A stretch of 64,000 bases of DNA. Source: Candidatus Eiseniibacteriota bacterium (lineage in GTDB: Bacteria > Eisenbacteria > RBG-16-71-46 > JABDJR01). Below the pieces are notes generated by a model. The model saw only the letters and a program-made list of their open reading frames with translations. It did not search any database and was not told the origin of the DNA. Within the stretch, counting starts at the first letter, position 1. Every line of letters starts with the position of its first letter. Both the position numbers and the translations under genes were made by a program. Below, in pieces: positions 30,545 through 39,682 of the stretch. Location: the NCBI GenBank assembly GCA_963783375.1, contig CAWANH010000029.1, positions 160,001-224,000 of the forward strand. Direction: 5' to 3'.

Positions 30545-31022
30545 GCAACTTCGAGGCGCTTTGACTGTGGTCGGGGTGTGTCTGGCCGCCGGCACCGTCT
30601 TTGCGGCGCCGCCGGCGTCGGACGCGGCCGGAACCGCCGGGAAACCGTCGGTGACCGCGCCCACGCCGCCCGGCGACGATCTCCTGATCAGCCGGGAGCA
30701 CTACTTCTACTCCAGCTTCGCCCGGCGCGACCCTTTCGCCTCCCTCCTGAAGGGGAAGTTCGCCAGCACCGGCGAGGGTGAACTCCTGGACGTGGGAGAG
30801 ATGACCCTGGTTGGGGTGGTCTGGGGTGAGAACGACAAGTTCGCGGTGGTGCAGGACAAGCGGAACAACGTCCATACCATGAGGGTGGGCGACCGGGTCG
30901 TGAACGGCAAGGTGATCGACATCACCCGGACCACTCTGACCGTCCAGCACTATTTCTTCGGAGAGACGGCCAACGTCACGATCCATATCAGCGAAGGAGA
31001 CGGTGACAATGAGACACGGTAA
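30534..31022 (+). CDS. pilP: PilP-like protein
   Basis: RRDPF motif and LVGVVW..AVV..VGD; lies between pilO and pilQ. Confidence 0.8.
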   Translation: MWARQLRGALTVVGVCLAAGTVFAAPPASDAAGTAGKPSVTAPTPPGDDLLISREHYFYSSFARRDPFASLLKGKFASTGEGELLDVGEMTLVGVVWGENDKFAVVQDKRNNVHTMRVGDRVVNGKVIDITRTTLTVQHYFFGETANVTIHISEGDGDNETR

Positions 31023-32805
31023 GTTGAGCGCTGCGGCACGCACCGCCGCCCTCTGTCTGTTCGGAGTGGCGATCTTCGCGGGATGGTCCGCCGCCGCGAC
31101 GTTGACGGGGATGTCGGTGTCCGCCGATGGCGAGGTGACACGGATCCACGTATCGCTCGATGAGCCCGTGGAATTCAGTCACTTCACCGTAAAGGACCCG
31201 GCCCGCCTCTACGTGGATTGCCGCGGGGTGGACCAGATCGGCATGGAAAGCCTGCCCCAGGGCGAAGGCCTGGCCGGCCCGATCGAGGCCAGCATCTGGA
31301 AGGGTGACACCGAGCACACCCTGACCCGGATCGCGATCGACCTCGAGAAGTCGGTGACGTCCGAGGTGCGGCAGGTGGACGACGGTCTCCTCATCACCCT
31401 CCGGCCCAAGTCGGGGGATGAGTGGACCCTGGGGGCGGTCCCCGAGGCCCAGCCGGAGGCGGCCGAGAAGAAAGCCGATCTGACCCCGGCCGAGGAGAAG
31501 TTCGAGTACGCGATGCCCACCCGGCCGGACTACGCGTCCGGCTACGTGCGCACCGAGCCCACGGTGACCAGCTTCGGCGAAGCCGAGACGAAGGGTCTCG
31601 CCGGCCGGGGCGGGGCGCGGGTGAGCCTGGACATCCAGGGCGCCGACATCTACACCGTGCTACGGAGCATTTCCGAGTACGCGGGCGTGAACATCGTCAT
31701 GGGCTACGACGTGAAGCAGAAGGTGAAGGAGCCCCTCTCCTTCCATCTGGAGAGCGTGCCCTGGGGCGAGGCCCTGGAGATGGTGCTCCGGAGCGCCCAC
31801 CTCTGGTACAGCGAGAACAACGGCATCATTCGGGTGGACACCGAAGAGAACCTCCGCAAGGAGGATCTCGACCGGGGAAGCGCCGCCCGTCAGATGGAGC
31901 AGGTGATGCCGCTCACCACCCGCATCGTCCAGGTGGTCTACGCCAACGCGGACGAGCTCAAGGGCGCGGTGGAGAAATCCCTCACCAAGCGGGGGATGAT
32001 CGACGTCGACCAGCGGACGAACTCCCTGGTGGTGACCGACATCGGTCCCCGGGTGGAGTCGGCGGTTGAGATGATCCAGCACCTGGACTCCCAGACTCCG
32101 CAGGTCGAGATCGTGGCCAAGCTGGTTGACGTGGACGCCCGCTTCTCCCGCGACCTGGGAATCCTGTGGTCCGCCGGCGGCATCCACAACAGCGCAGGTG
32201 CCTCCGCCGAGGGGACGGCCGGCTCGAACTCCGTGATCGATCCCGGCGGAGCGGTCCGCTTCGGCCTGGTGAAATCGTGGGGGACGGTCTCGGCGCTCCT
32301 CTCCGCCCTGGAGCAGCAGAACAAGGCCAACATCATCTCCAACCCCCGTATCACCACGGTGAACAACCGCGAGGCGCGGATCCTGGTGGGGAAGAAGATT
32401 CCGTTGATCGTACTCGACGAGGCCGGCAACGCGGTGACCCAGCTCACCACCATCGGCATCGCGCTGCGGGTGACCCCGCACATCAACGACAACAACCGGA
32501 TCACCCTGGACCTCCATCCGGAGGTCTCGGATCTGGCCAGCCAGGCCACCGTCCAGGGCGGCGTCATCATCAATACCAGCGAGGCGGACACCCGGGTGAT
32601 GGTGGACAACGGACAGACCGCGGTCATCGGCGGTCTCATCCGCTCCAACACCACCAGCGTGAACCGCGGCGTGCCGATCCTGAAGGACATCCCGCTTCTG
32701 GGCGGGCTCTTCCGTGGGACCTCGGAGATCAAGGAGAAGCGCGAGCTCCTGATCTTCGTGACGCCGCGGATCATCAATTCCTTCGCGGCCGACAGCGGGA
32801 ACTGA
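31009..32805 (+). CDS. pilQ: Type IV pilus secretin with an N-terminal AMIN domain
   Basis: Signal peptide, DPARLYVD (AMIN), SLDIQGADI, DQRTNSL, QVEIVAKLV, VPILKDIPLLG.LF, ELLIFVTPRI. Confidence 0.95.
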   Translation: MRHGKLSAAARTAALCLFGVAIFAGWSAAATLTGMSVSADGEVTRIHVSLDEPVEFSHFTVKDPARLYVDCRGVDQIGMESLPQGEGLAGPIEASIWKGDTEHTLTRIAIDLEKSVTSEVRQVDDGLLITLRPKSGDEWTLGAVPEAQPEAAEKKADLTPAEEKFEYAMPTRPDYASGYVRTEPTVTSFGEAETKGLAGRGGARVSLDIQGADIYTVLRSISEYAGVNIVMGYDVKQKVKEPLSFHLESVPWGEALEMVLRSAHLWYSENNGIIRVDTEENLRKEDLDRGSAARQMEQVMPLTTRIVQVVYANADELKGAVEKSLTKRGMIDVDQRTNSLVVTDIGPRVESAVEMIQHLDSQTPQVEIVAKLVDVDARFSRDLGILWSAGGIHNSAGASAEGTAGSNSVIDPGGAVRFGLVKSWGTVSALLSALEQQNKANIISNPRITTVNNREARILVGKKIPLIVLDEAGNAVTQLTTIGIALRVTPHINDNNRITLDLHPEVSDLASQATVQGGVIINTSEADTRVMVDNGQTAVIGGLIRSNTTSVNRGVPILKDIPLLGGLFRGTSEIKEKRELLIFVTPRIINSFAADSGN

Positions 32806-32832
32806 TGGCCTGAACGTCCCATTCTGAGGGTG

Positions 32833-32871
32833 CGCCGCCGGTGCTGGAGGGCTCGGCGGCGCTTCCTTTTT
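32833..32871 (+). terminator. Terminator-like hairpin after pilQ
   Basis: GCGCCGCCG...CGGCGGCGC stem followed by TTCCTTTTT. Confidence 0.6.
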
Positions 32872-32901
32872 GGGGGACCCCGGGGCGTCGATCCGGGTAG
32901 C

Positions 32902-33444
32902 ATGAGGCCCATGTTCGCCCAGCCAACCCCGCGCCGGCTGGCCCTGGTGGGCCTCATGGGGGCGGGAAAGACCCGGGTGGGCCGGCTGGTGGCCTCGGCC
33001 CTGGCCTGGCCCTTCCACGACGCCGACCTCGTCCTGGCGGCGGAGGCGGGGCGTTCCGTGCCCGTGGTGTTCGCGGAAGAGGGTGAGGCGGGTTTCCGGC
33101 GCCGGGAGAGCGCGGTGCTGGCCGGATTGGCCGGCCGGGAACCTCCCATGGTGGTGGCGACCGGCGGAGGGGTGGTGGTGCGGCCGGAGAACCGCCGCCG
33201 GTTGTCCGAGGCCTTCCTGGTGGTCTGGCTCCAGGTGACCCCCGAGGAGGCGGCCCGCCGGCTGGCCCGCGGGCGGGGACGGCCGCTCTTGGCCGGGTCG
33301 AATCCGGTCGAGGTGCTCCGGGACCTGGCCGCCGCCCGAAACCCCTTCTACGCTCAGGTGGCCCGGGTGACGCTCAATACCGGCCCGTTGACCCGTCCCG
33401 AGGACATCCGTGACGAGATCCTGGCCGCGGTGGGCGAGTCCTGA
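32902..33444 (+). CDS. aroK: Shikimate kinase
   Basis: GLMGAGKT, DAD, GEAGFRRRE, ATGGG and RPLL; classic pilQ-aroK synteny. Confidence 0.93.
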   Translation: MRPMFAQPTPRRLALVGLMGAGKTRVGRLVASALAWPFHDADLVLAAEAGRSVPVVFAEEGEAGFRRRESAVLAGLAGREPPMVVATGGGVVVRPENRRRLSEAFLVVWLQVTPEEAARRLARGRGRPLLAGSNPVEVLRDLAAARNPFYAQVARVTLNTGPLTRPEDIRDEILAAVGES

Positions 33445-33455
33445 TGCGTGGAGCG

Positions 33456-33484
33456 TTGACGGTCGTCCGGCCTTCTGATAACTT
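33456..33484 (+). promoter_or_regulatory. Sigma70 promoter upstream of rsmD
   Basis: TTGACG-17 bp-TAACTT with extended -10 TG. Confidence 0.6.
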
Positions 33485-33613
33485 CAATCATTCAATGCGA
33501 TTAGCTAGGTTGCTCCCGCGGACCCGCTTCGGGTGGGCGCTTCGGGAGATCCCGGGTGGAGGCCGCATCGGGCAGGGGGCCGAACGGGCTTCGCCCCGGC
33601 TGTGGGGAGGACC

Positions 33614-34246
33614 ATGACGCGAGGGGGGACGTCCCGCACCGGGGTCCGGGTGATCGGGGGTGCGTTTCGGGGCCTTCGCCTGGCCACCCTCCCCGGTCTC
33701 GAGGTTCGACCCACCGCCGATCGGGTGAAGGAAGCGCTCTTTTCCATGCTGGATCCCCGGCTTCCCGGGGCCCGGGTCGTGGATTGCTTTGCCGGAACCG
33801 GAGCTCTGGGGATCGAGGCCCTCAGCCGGGGGGCGGCCCGGGTAGACTTCGTGGAGCAGGATCCGGCGAGCCTCGTTCTGTTGCGCGGTAACCTGGCGCG
33901 GCTCGGCGAAGGGACGGACGCCCGGATCCGGGTCTTCTCCCGCGACGCCCTCGCGGCCGGGACATGGAAGGGGGGTATCCTTCCCCTCGATCTGGTCCTG
34001 GCCGACCCGCCGTACCGGCGCGGGTTGGGAGAGGGGCTCTTGGGCGCTCTGGCCGAGGCGGCTCCCTGGCCGGCCGGCGCGACGGTGGTTCTGGAACACG
34101 AATCGGCGCGATCCCCGGCCCATCCGGCCTGGGTTCGAACCCGGGAGCGCCGGTACGGCGATACCGCGCTCTCGTTCTTCGAGCGGGCGGACCTGGAAGC
34201 GAAAGGGGAGCGTGATGAGAACGGGGATCTTCCCGGGCACCTTTGA
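33614..34246 (+). CDS. rsmD: 16S rRNA (guanine966-N2) methyltransferase
   Basis: RVIGG..RG, RPTADRVKEALF, FAGTGALGIEALSRGA and DPPY. Confidence 0.93.
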   Translation: MTRGGTSRTGVRVIGGAFRGLRLATLPGLEVRPTADRVKEALFSMLDPRLPGARVVDCFAGTGALGIEALSRGAARVDFVEQDPASLVLLRGNLARLGEGTDARIRVFSRDALAAGTWKGGILPLDLVLADPPYRRGLGEGLLGALAEAAPWPAGATVVLEHESARSPAHPAWVRTRERRYGDTALSFFERADLEAKGERDENGDLPGHL

Positions 34247-34694
34247 TCCGGTCACCCAGGGTCATCTGGACATTCTCAAACGGTCGCGCAAGGTGCTCGA
34301 CCGGATGGTGGTGGCGGTGGCCGCGGGCTACCACAAGGACACCCTGTTCAGCCTGGACGAGCGCCTGGACCTCTGGCGGCAATCGGTGGACGACATCGAA
34401 GGGGTGGAGATCATGGCCTTCGAGGGCCTTCTGGCCGACTTCGCCCGCGACCACGGAGCCTCGGCCATCGTGCGGGGACTCCGGTTCGTGAGCGATTTCG
34501 AGTACGAGTTCCAGCTGGCGCTCATGAACCGGCGGCTGGTTCCCGAGGTCGAAACCCTGTTCTTCATGCCCAGCCCGGAGTACTCGTTCCTGAATTCCAG
34601 CGTGATCAAGGAAGTGGCCCGCCTGGGGGGCGACGTTTCCGGGCTCGTGCCCGCGGCGGCCGTCAAGGCCCTCAAAGAGAAGCTCCGCTCATGA
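34215..34694 (+). CDS. coaD: Pantetheine-phosphate adenylyltransferase
   Basis: PGTFDPVTQGH, RGLR..SDFEYE and SS.IKE. Confidence 0.97.
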   Translation: MRTGIFPGTFDPVTQGHLDILKRSRKVLDRMVVAVAAGYHKDTLFSLDERLDLWRQSVDDIEGVEIMAFEGLLADFARDHGASAIVRGLRFVSDFEYEFQLALMNRRLVPEVETLFFMPSPEYSFLNSSVIKEVARLGGDVSGLVPAAAVKALKEKLRS

Positions 34695-35899
34695 AGCCGA
34701 TCAACGTCTCACCGCGTCTCCTCTCGCTGGCCGAGTCCCTCACCCTGGCCGTCGACGTCAAGGTCGCCGAGCGCGTGGCCCGGGGTGAGGACATCGTGAA
34801 CCTCGGAGTGGGCCAACCCGATTTCCCGACCCCCGCGTTCGTCCGCGAAGCGGCGGCCCGGGCGGTGGAGGCGGGGGCCACCCGCTACACGCCTCCCGGG
34901 GGGACGATGGAGCTTCGCGGGGCCGCGGCCGGGTTCTTCCGGGAGCGGAATGGTGTGGCGGGAGCGACCGCCGGAAACACGGTGGTCACCTGCGGAGCCA
35001 AGCATGCCCTCTACGAGGCCATGGCCGCCGTCCTCTGCCCGGGCGACGAGGTCCTCCTGCCGGTGCCCTACTGGGTGAGCTACCCGGAGCAGGTGAAGCT
35101 GGCCGAAGCGGTGCCCCGTCCGGTGGTCCCGGCCGACGGGCTCAAGATCACCCCCGCCGACCTCAGCCGGGTCGCCGGTCCCTCCACCCGGATGCTGGTC
35201 CTGAACAGCCCCAACAACCCCTCGGGACAGGTCTACGAGCGGGCGGAGATCGAGGCGCTGACGGAATGGTGCCTCGGGAACGATGTATTGATCCTGTCCG
35301 ACGAGATCTACGACCGCCTGGTCTTCGACGGCGCGGTCCCGGTGAGCCCGGCCTCCCTCGGACCCGAGGCCGAGGCGCGCACCATCACCGTGAACGGGGT
35401 GTCCAAGTCCCACTCCATGACCGGCTGGCGGATCGGTTTCCTCACCGGTCCGGCCCCGGTGGTGAGCGCCATTCTCCGCTTCCAGGGCCAGACCACCGGG
35501 AACCCGGCCGCCGCCTCCCAGGCCGCGGCCCTGGCCGCCCTGGCCGGTCCCGACGAGGTGGTGGAGGAGATGCGCCGGGCCTACCAGGCGCGGCGGGACC
35601 TGGTGGTGGAGGAGCTTTCGGGGACGGCGGGGCTGGAACTCTCGGTGCCCCGGGGCGCCTTTTATGCTTTTCCCAAGGTGGCCGAGGCGGTGCGGACGGC
35701 CGGGGGCTCGGTGGCCCTGGCCGGGCGCCTGGTGGAGGCCGGGGTGGCGGTGGTGCCCGGGGCGGGGTTCGGGGCCGACGACCACCTGCGATTGTCGTTC
35801 GCGGTGGGGGAGGATCGCTTGCGGGAGGGGATCCGCCGGCTCCGGCGCGGCCTGGAGGCGGCGCTCACCCAAGCGGAGACCGGTTCCAAAGGAGATTGA
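34691..35899 (+). CDS. PLP-dependent class I aminotransferase (aspartate aminotransferase-like)
   Basis: GQPDF, NSPNNPSG, SDEIY and SKSHSMTGWRIG. Confidence 0.92.
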   Translation: MKPINVSPRLLSLAESLTLAVDVKVAERVARGEDIVNLGVGQPDFPTPAFVREAAARAVEAGATRYTPPGGTMELRGAAAGFFRERNGVAGATAGNTVVTCGAKHALYEAMAAVLCPGDEVLLPVPYWVSYPEQVKLAEAVPRPVVPADGLKITPADLSRVAGPSTRMLVLNSPNNPSGQVYERAEIEALTEWCLGNDVLILSDEIYDRLVFDGAVPVSPASLGPEAEARTITVNGVSKSHSMTGWRIGFLTGPAPVVSAILRFQGQTTGNPAAASQAAALAALAGPDEVVEEMRRAYQARRDLVVEELSGTAGLELSVPRGAFYAFPKVAEAVRTAGGSVALAGRLVEAGVAVVPGAGFGADDHLRLSFAVGEDRLREGIRRLRRGLEAALTQAETGSKGD

Positions 35900-35907
35900 A
35901 GCCGACC

Positions 35908-36228
35908 ATGCCGACCTACGATTACGAATGCCGGAAGTGCGGACATCGTTTCGAGAAGTTCCAGGGGATCAACGACCCCGTCCTCAAGACCTGCCCCGAG
36001 TGCCGCTCCCGGAAGCTCAAACGCCTGATCGGGACCGGGGCCGGGATCATCTTCAAGGGGAGCGGGTTCTACGCCACCGACTACCGGAGCCAGGGCTACC
36101 GGGCCGCGGCAAAGTCGGACAACGCGGCAAACAGCGCCTCGGAGAAGACGCCCAAGGCGGAAAAGGGCGCCAAGAGCGAGAAGCCCGCCAAGCAAGCCAA
36201 GGAGACGGGCAAGAACGCCTCCAAGTGA
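35908..36228 (+). CDS. FmdB-family zinc-ribbon protein
   Basis: MPTYDYECRKCGH..CPEC..FKGSGFYATDY, then a Lys/Ala-rich tail. Confidence 0.92.
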   Translation: MPTYDYECRKCGHRFEKFQGINDPVLKTCPECRSRKLKRLIGTGAGIIFKGSGFYATDYRSQGYRAAAKSDNAANSASEKTPKAEKGAKSEKPAKQAKETGKNASK

Positions 36229-36279
36229 TCCCCGTTCATCCGTCCTTTCGCGCCCCCGGGGCGCCGATCCGAGGAAACC

Positions 36280-37308
36280 GTGGCCTACTTCGTCGATGAA
36301 GTCCGTTGTCGCGTGACGGCCGGGAACGGCGGGCACGGCCTCATCGCCTTCCGCCGGGAGAAGTACGTCCCCCGGGGCGGTCCCTGCGGGGGAGACGGCG
36401 GCAAGGGTGGGGACGTGGTGCTCCTGGTGGACCGGAACCTCCACACCCTCCTCGACGTCCGTTACCACCGGGAATACCGGGCGCCCCGCGGGCAGCACGG
36501 AGGCGGCTCGGAGCGGACCGGTCGTTCGGGGGAGGACCGGGTGCTCCGAGTTCCCCCCGGGACCGAGGTGCGGGATGCCGGGACCGGCGAGCTCCTGGCG
36601 GACCTGACCGAGGACGGCCAGCGGCTGGTGGTGGCGCGGGGAGGAAAGGGAGGTCGCGGAAACCAGCACTTCGCCACCCCCACCCTGCGCGCCCCCCAGA
36701 CCGCGGAGGACGGAGGCGTGGGGGAGACCCGGGAGATCGTGCTCACCCTGAAGCTTCTGGCCGACGTGGGGCTGGTGGGCTTCCCCAACGCCGGAAAGTC
36801 CACCCTCCTGGCCTCGATGAGCGCGGCCCGGCCCCGAGTGGCCGACTATCCGTTCACCACCCTGGAGCCGCACCTGGGCATCGTCGCCGCCGGGGAGTAC
36901 GCCTCCTTCGTCATGGCCGACATCCCCGGGCTCATCGAAGGGGCGAGCCGGGGAAAGGGGCTGGGGATCCAGTTCCTCCGCCACCTCGAGCGGACCCGGG
37001 TGCTTCTCTTCCTGGTCGATTGCCTCGACCCCGAGCCCGACGCCGCCCTGGCCGCACTCCGCAAGGAGCTGAGCGCCCATTCCAAGACCCTCGCCGCCAA
37101 GCCTTCCCTGACCGTTCTCACCAAGACCGACGTGCTGCCTCCCGGGGAGGACCCGCCGGGCCTGGCCCGGCTCTCCGCCGTTCCCCGGCTCATTTCATCC
37201 CATTCGAGACGGGGACTGGAGGAGCTGGCCCGGGAGTTGTATCGTTTGGTCCAGGACGCCGCCGACCCGGAAGACGAATCCGATCCGGCCGGCTGGTCGC
37301 CCGAGTGA
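36280..37308 (+). CDS. obgE: GTPase ObgE/CgtA
   Basis: [35 protein letters not shown] and TKTD. Confidence 0.97.
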   Translation: MAYFVDEVRCRVTAGNGGHGLIAFRREKYVPRGGPCGGDGGKGGDVVLLVDRNLHTLLDVRYHREYRAPRGQHGGGSERTGRSGEDRVLRVPPGTEVRDAGTGELLADLTEDGQRLVVARGGKGGRGNQHFATPTLRAPQTAEDGGVGETREIVLTLKLLADVGLVGFPNAGKSTLLASMSAARPRVADYPFTTLEPHLGIVAAGEYASFVMADIPGLIEGASRGKGLGIQFLRHLERTRVLLFLVDCLDPEPDAALAALRKELSAHSKTLAAKPSLTVLTKTDVLPPGEDPPGLARLSAVPRLISSHSRRGLEELARELYRLVQDAADPEDESDPAGWSPE

Positions 37309-37360
37309 ACCCCTTGACGCGGGATCGAGACCGCCGCCCTCTCCCGTCACCGGAGCGGAA

Positions 37361-37948
37361 ATGGATGACTTGAACAGCGTCTTACCCGATCAGTTCATGG
37401 ACACCCTCAAGCGGCGGAACCTCGAGGGCAAGCGGGCGTTGATCGCCGACCTCCGTCGCCGGAAATCGGAGAAGGCGGCGGAGATCCTGGTGGACATCCT
37501 GGAGGAGGACTCCTGGTACCTGCGCGAGCTGGCGGTGGAGGCCCTGACCGACGTGATCGATACCGCGGCCCCCCGGCTCACCAAGCTCCTCGATTCCGGA
37601 CTCTGGTACACCCGGGCCGCCGCCGCCCGCGCCCTGGGAAAGGGGGGGCACGTGGCCAGCCTCCCGCGGCTGGTGGGCTTGCTGGGCGAGAGCAACAAGA
37701 CGGTTCAGGGAGCGGCCCTGGCCTCGGTGGCCGATCTGGTGCGCGAGGGCCACGCTCCCGAAACCGCCCGGCTCATCTGGGCCCAGGGCGCGCGCCGCGC
37801 CGAGGAGCTGAAGCGGCTCCTCCTGGCCGTCCACCCCGACGCCGGGGGGCCGGTGGCCGAGCTCCTGGCCGACCCCTCCTCGTTCCTGAAGGAGGTTCCG
37901 GTCCGGGAGGAAATCCCTTCCGAGGATACGGCTCGCCGGAACGCCTGA
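37361..37948 (+). CDS. HEAT-repeat protein
   Basis: Repeats WYLRELAVEAL, WYTRAAAARALG and TVQGAALASV. Confidence 0.75.
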   Translation: MDDLNSVLPDQFMDTLKRRNLEGKRALIADLRRRKSEKAAEILVDILEEDSWYLRELAVEALTDVIDTAAPRLTKLLDSGLWYTRAAAARALGKGGHVASLPRLVGLLGESNKTVQGAALASVADLVREGHAPETARLIWAQGARRAEELKRLLLAVHPDAGGPVAELLADPSSFLKEVPVREEIPSEDTARRNA

Positions 37949-38024
37949 CCCGTCCGTTCCCCGCGATCCAGTCCGCGCCTCCCCCCGCGGCCCGAACACA
38001 CCTCTCCGTCCATGGAGTCAATCC

Positions 38025-38915
38025 ATGGAAGACGCCCGCATCCGGCTCCTCGAGGGGGAAGCGATCCCCCCATGCCTTCGCGCCCTGGAACGACCCTGCC
38101 GCCGGCTCCACGCGCTCGGCGCCCTCCCCCCCGCGACCCTGCCCCGGGTGGCCATGGTGGGAAGCCGAAGCCCTTCTCCCGGGGGGCGCCGGACCGCCTA
38201 CGAGATCGCCCGGGGCCTCGCCCGGGCCGGGGTGGTGGTGGTGAGCGGCCTGGCCCGAGGCATCGACGCCGCCTCCCATCGCGGAGCCCTGGACGGTGGG
38301 GGGATCACCGTGGCCTTCCTCGGGAACGGCGTGGACGTGATCTACCCGAAGTCGAGCCGTGATCTCGCCGCCGCCATCCCCGCCCGGGGAGCCCTGGTGA
38401 GCGAGTACCCTCCCGGAACGGCGCCGGTGCCGTGGCGGTTCGTGGCCCGGAACCGATTGGTGGCCGCCTACACCGTGGGGACGGTGGTGGTGGAGGCGGG
38501 GGCCCGGAGCGGCGCGCTGATCACCGCCGGGCTCGCCGCGGGGTTGGGCCGGGAACTGTGGGCGGTGCCCGGTGATCCGGCGCGCCCGGGGACGCGGGGG
38601 AGCAACCGCCTGCTCCGGGACGGGGCCGGGGTGGTCCTGGACGCCCTCGACGTTCTGGCCGGGCTCGGGCTGGCCGGCTCCCCGGATCCGGAAGGGGAAG
38701 GGGCTCCCGGGCCTCCCCCCGGCCTCTCTCCCGCCGAGGACTCGGTGTGGCGCGCGCTGGCGCGGGGGGGTACCGCGGATCCCGAAGCCCTCACCCGGCG
38801 GACGGGGCTCCCCGCCGCCGCGCTGCTCGAGACCCTCTCCATCCTGGAGCTGGCCGGTCACGTGGAGCGGAACGAGGAGGGATACGGCCTGGCTTCCCGT
38901 CCCCCCGGTTTCTGA
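38025..38915 (+). CDS. dprA: DNA-protecting protein DprA (short form with no obvious N-terminal SAM domain)
   Basis: VGSR, VSGLARGIDA, F..RNR, VEAG.RSG.LITA and AVPG; C-terminal winged helix. Confidence 0.93.
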   Translation: MEDARIRLLEGEAIPPCLRALERPCRRLHALGALPPATLPRVAMVGSRSPSPGGRRTAYEIARGLARAGVVVVSGLARGIDAASHRGALDGGGITVAFLGNGVDVIYPKSSRDLAAAIPARGALVSEYPPGTAPVPWRFVARNRLVAAYTVGTVVVEAGARSGALITAGLAAGLGRELWAVPGDPARPGTRGSNRLLRDGAGVVLDALDVLAGLGLAGSPDPEGEGAPGPPPGLSPAEDSVWRALARGGTADPEALTRRTGLPAAALLETLSILELAGHVERNEEGYGLASRPPGF

Positions 38916-38950
38916 GGACGACGTGGCCGGGCCCGTACCTTCCGGGGGTG

Positions 38951-38986
38951 AAAAAAAACGGCGAGACGGCCGGAGCCGTCCCGCCG
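38951..38986 (-). terminator. Intrinsic terminator of the minus-strand secreted-protein genes
   Basis: CGGCGAGACGGC-CGGA-GCCGTCCCGCCG hairpin flanked by A8 (T8 on the minus strand). Confidence 0.8.
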
Positions 38987-39017
38987 AAGAGGCGGGGGAC
39001 GTTCCGCTTCGGCGATG

Positions 39018-39590
39018 CTACCGGTACAGCGCCTTCACGCGGCCCCAGGTGGTGGACTCGGCGGGCACCGGACCCGCGGGCGCCGTCACTCCGGCGTCGG
39101 ATCCCGAAGTGGAAACGGCGTCGTAGTTCTGGGAGCCGGGGAGTGCGGGGCACCCCCAGGTGAAGTCCACCGAGAACGCGGTTTCACAAGAGCTCTGGGC
39201 TACGCGGGCCGCGGTGACCAGGGTGCGGAACCGCATCCGCCAGTTGTTGTCCGGGGCGGTGGGACCCACCTGGGTCGCGGTCCAGCTGGCGGGGGCCGAG
39301 GTTCCGGTGAGACTGGCGCAAAGCACGTTGTTGGAGTTGAAGAAGACGTCGAGCTCGCGGATGCCGGTGGAGAATCCGACATTGCAGAGTTCGTAGGTGT
39401 ATCGCCACTGGTTGGTGCCGGGCTGGTCCCCGCCGGCCGGGAACGGATCGCCGGCACCGTACTCAACCCAGCTGCCGCTCTCGTAGTGGAAGAGATGATA
39501 GGTGACGCCGGTCTGCTGGGCGACGGCCGAAGCGGCCGGGATCGCTCCCAGGGCCATCGCCAGGACCAGGGTCGTTAGCCGGATCTTCAT
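39018..39590 (-). CDS. Secreted beta-rich protein with C-terminal PVPAESTTWGRVKALYR tag
   Basis: GGAGGAGG RBS, Sec signal peptide (ASAVA|QQ), C-terminal TWG motif. Confidence 0.8.
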   Translation of the reverse strand: MKIRLTTLVLAMALGAIPAASAVAQQTGVTYHLFHYESGSWVEYGAGDPFPAGGDQPGTNQWRYTYELCNVGFSTGIRELDVFFNSNNVLCASLTGTSAPASWTATQVGPTAPDNNWRMRFRTLVTAARVAQSSCETAFSVDFTWGCPALPGSQNYDAVSTSGSDAGVTAPAGPVPAESTTWGRVKALYR

Positions 39591-39682
39591 GTTCTGCCTC
39601 CTCCGATTTCTGGGACCCTCGTGCAGCGTGTCGCGCGCGGGGGAGGTGTGGAGGCCGGGCGCGCCGCCCGGCCTCCGTCGAT

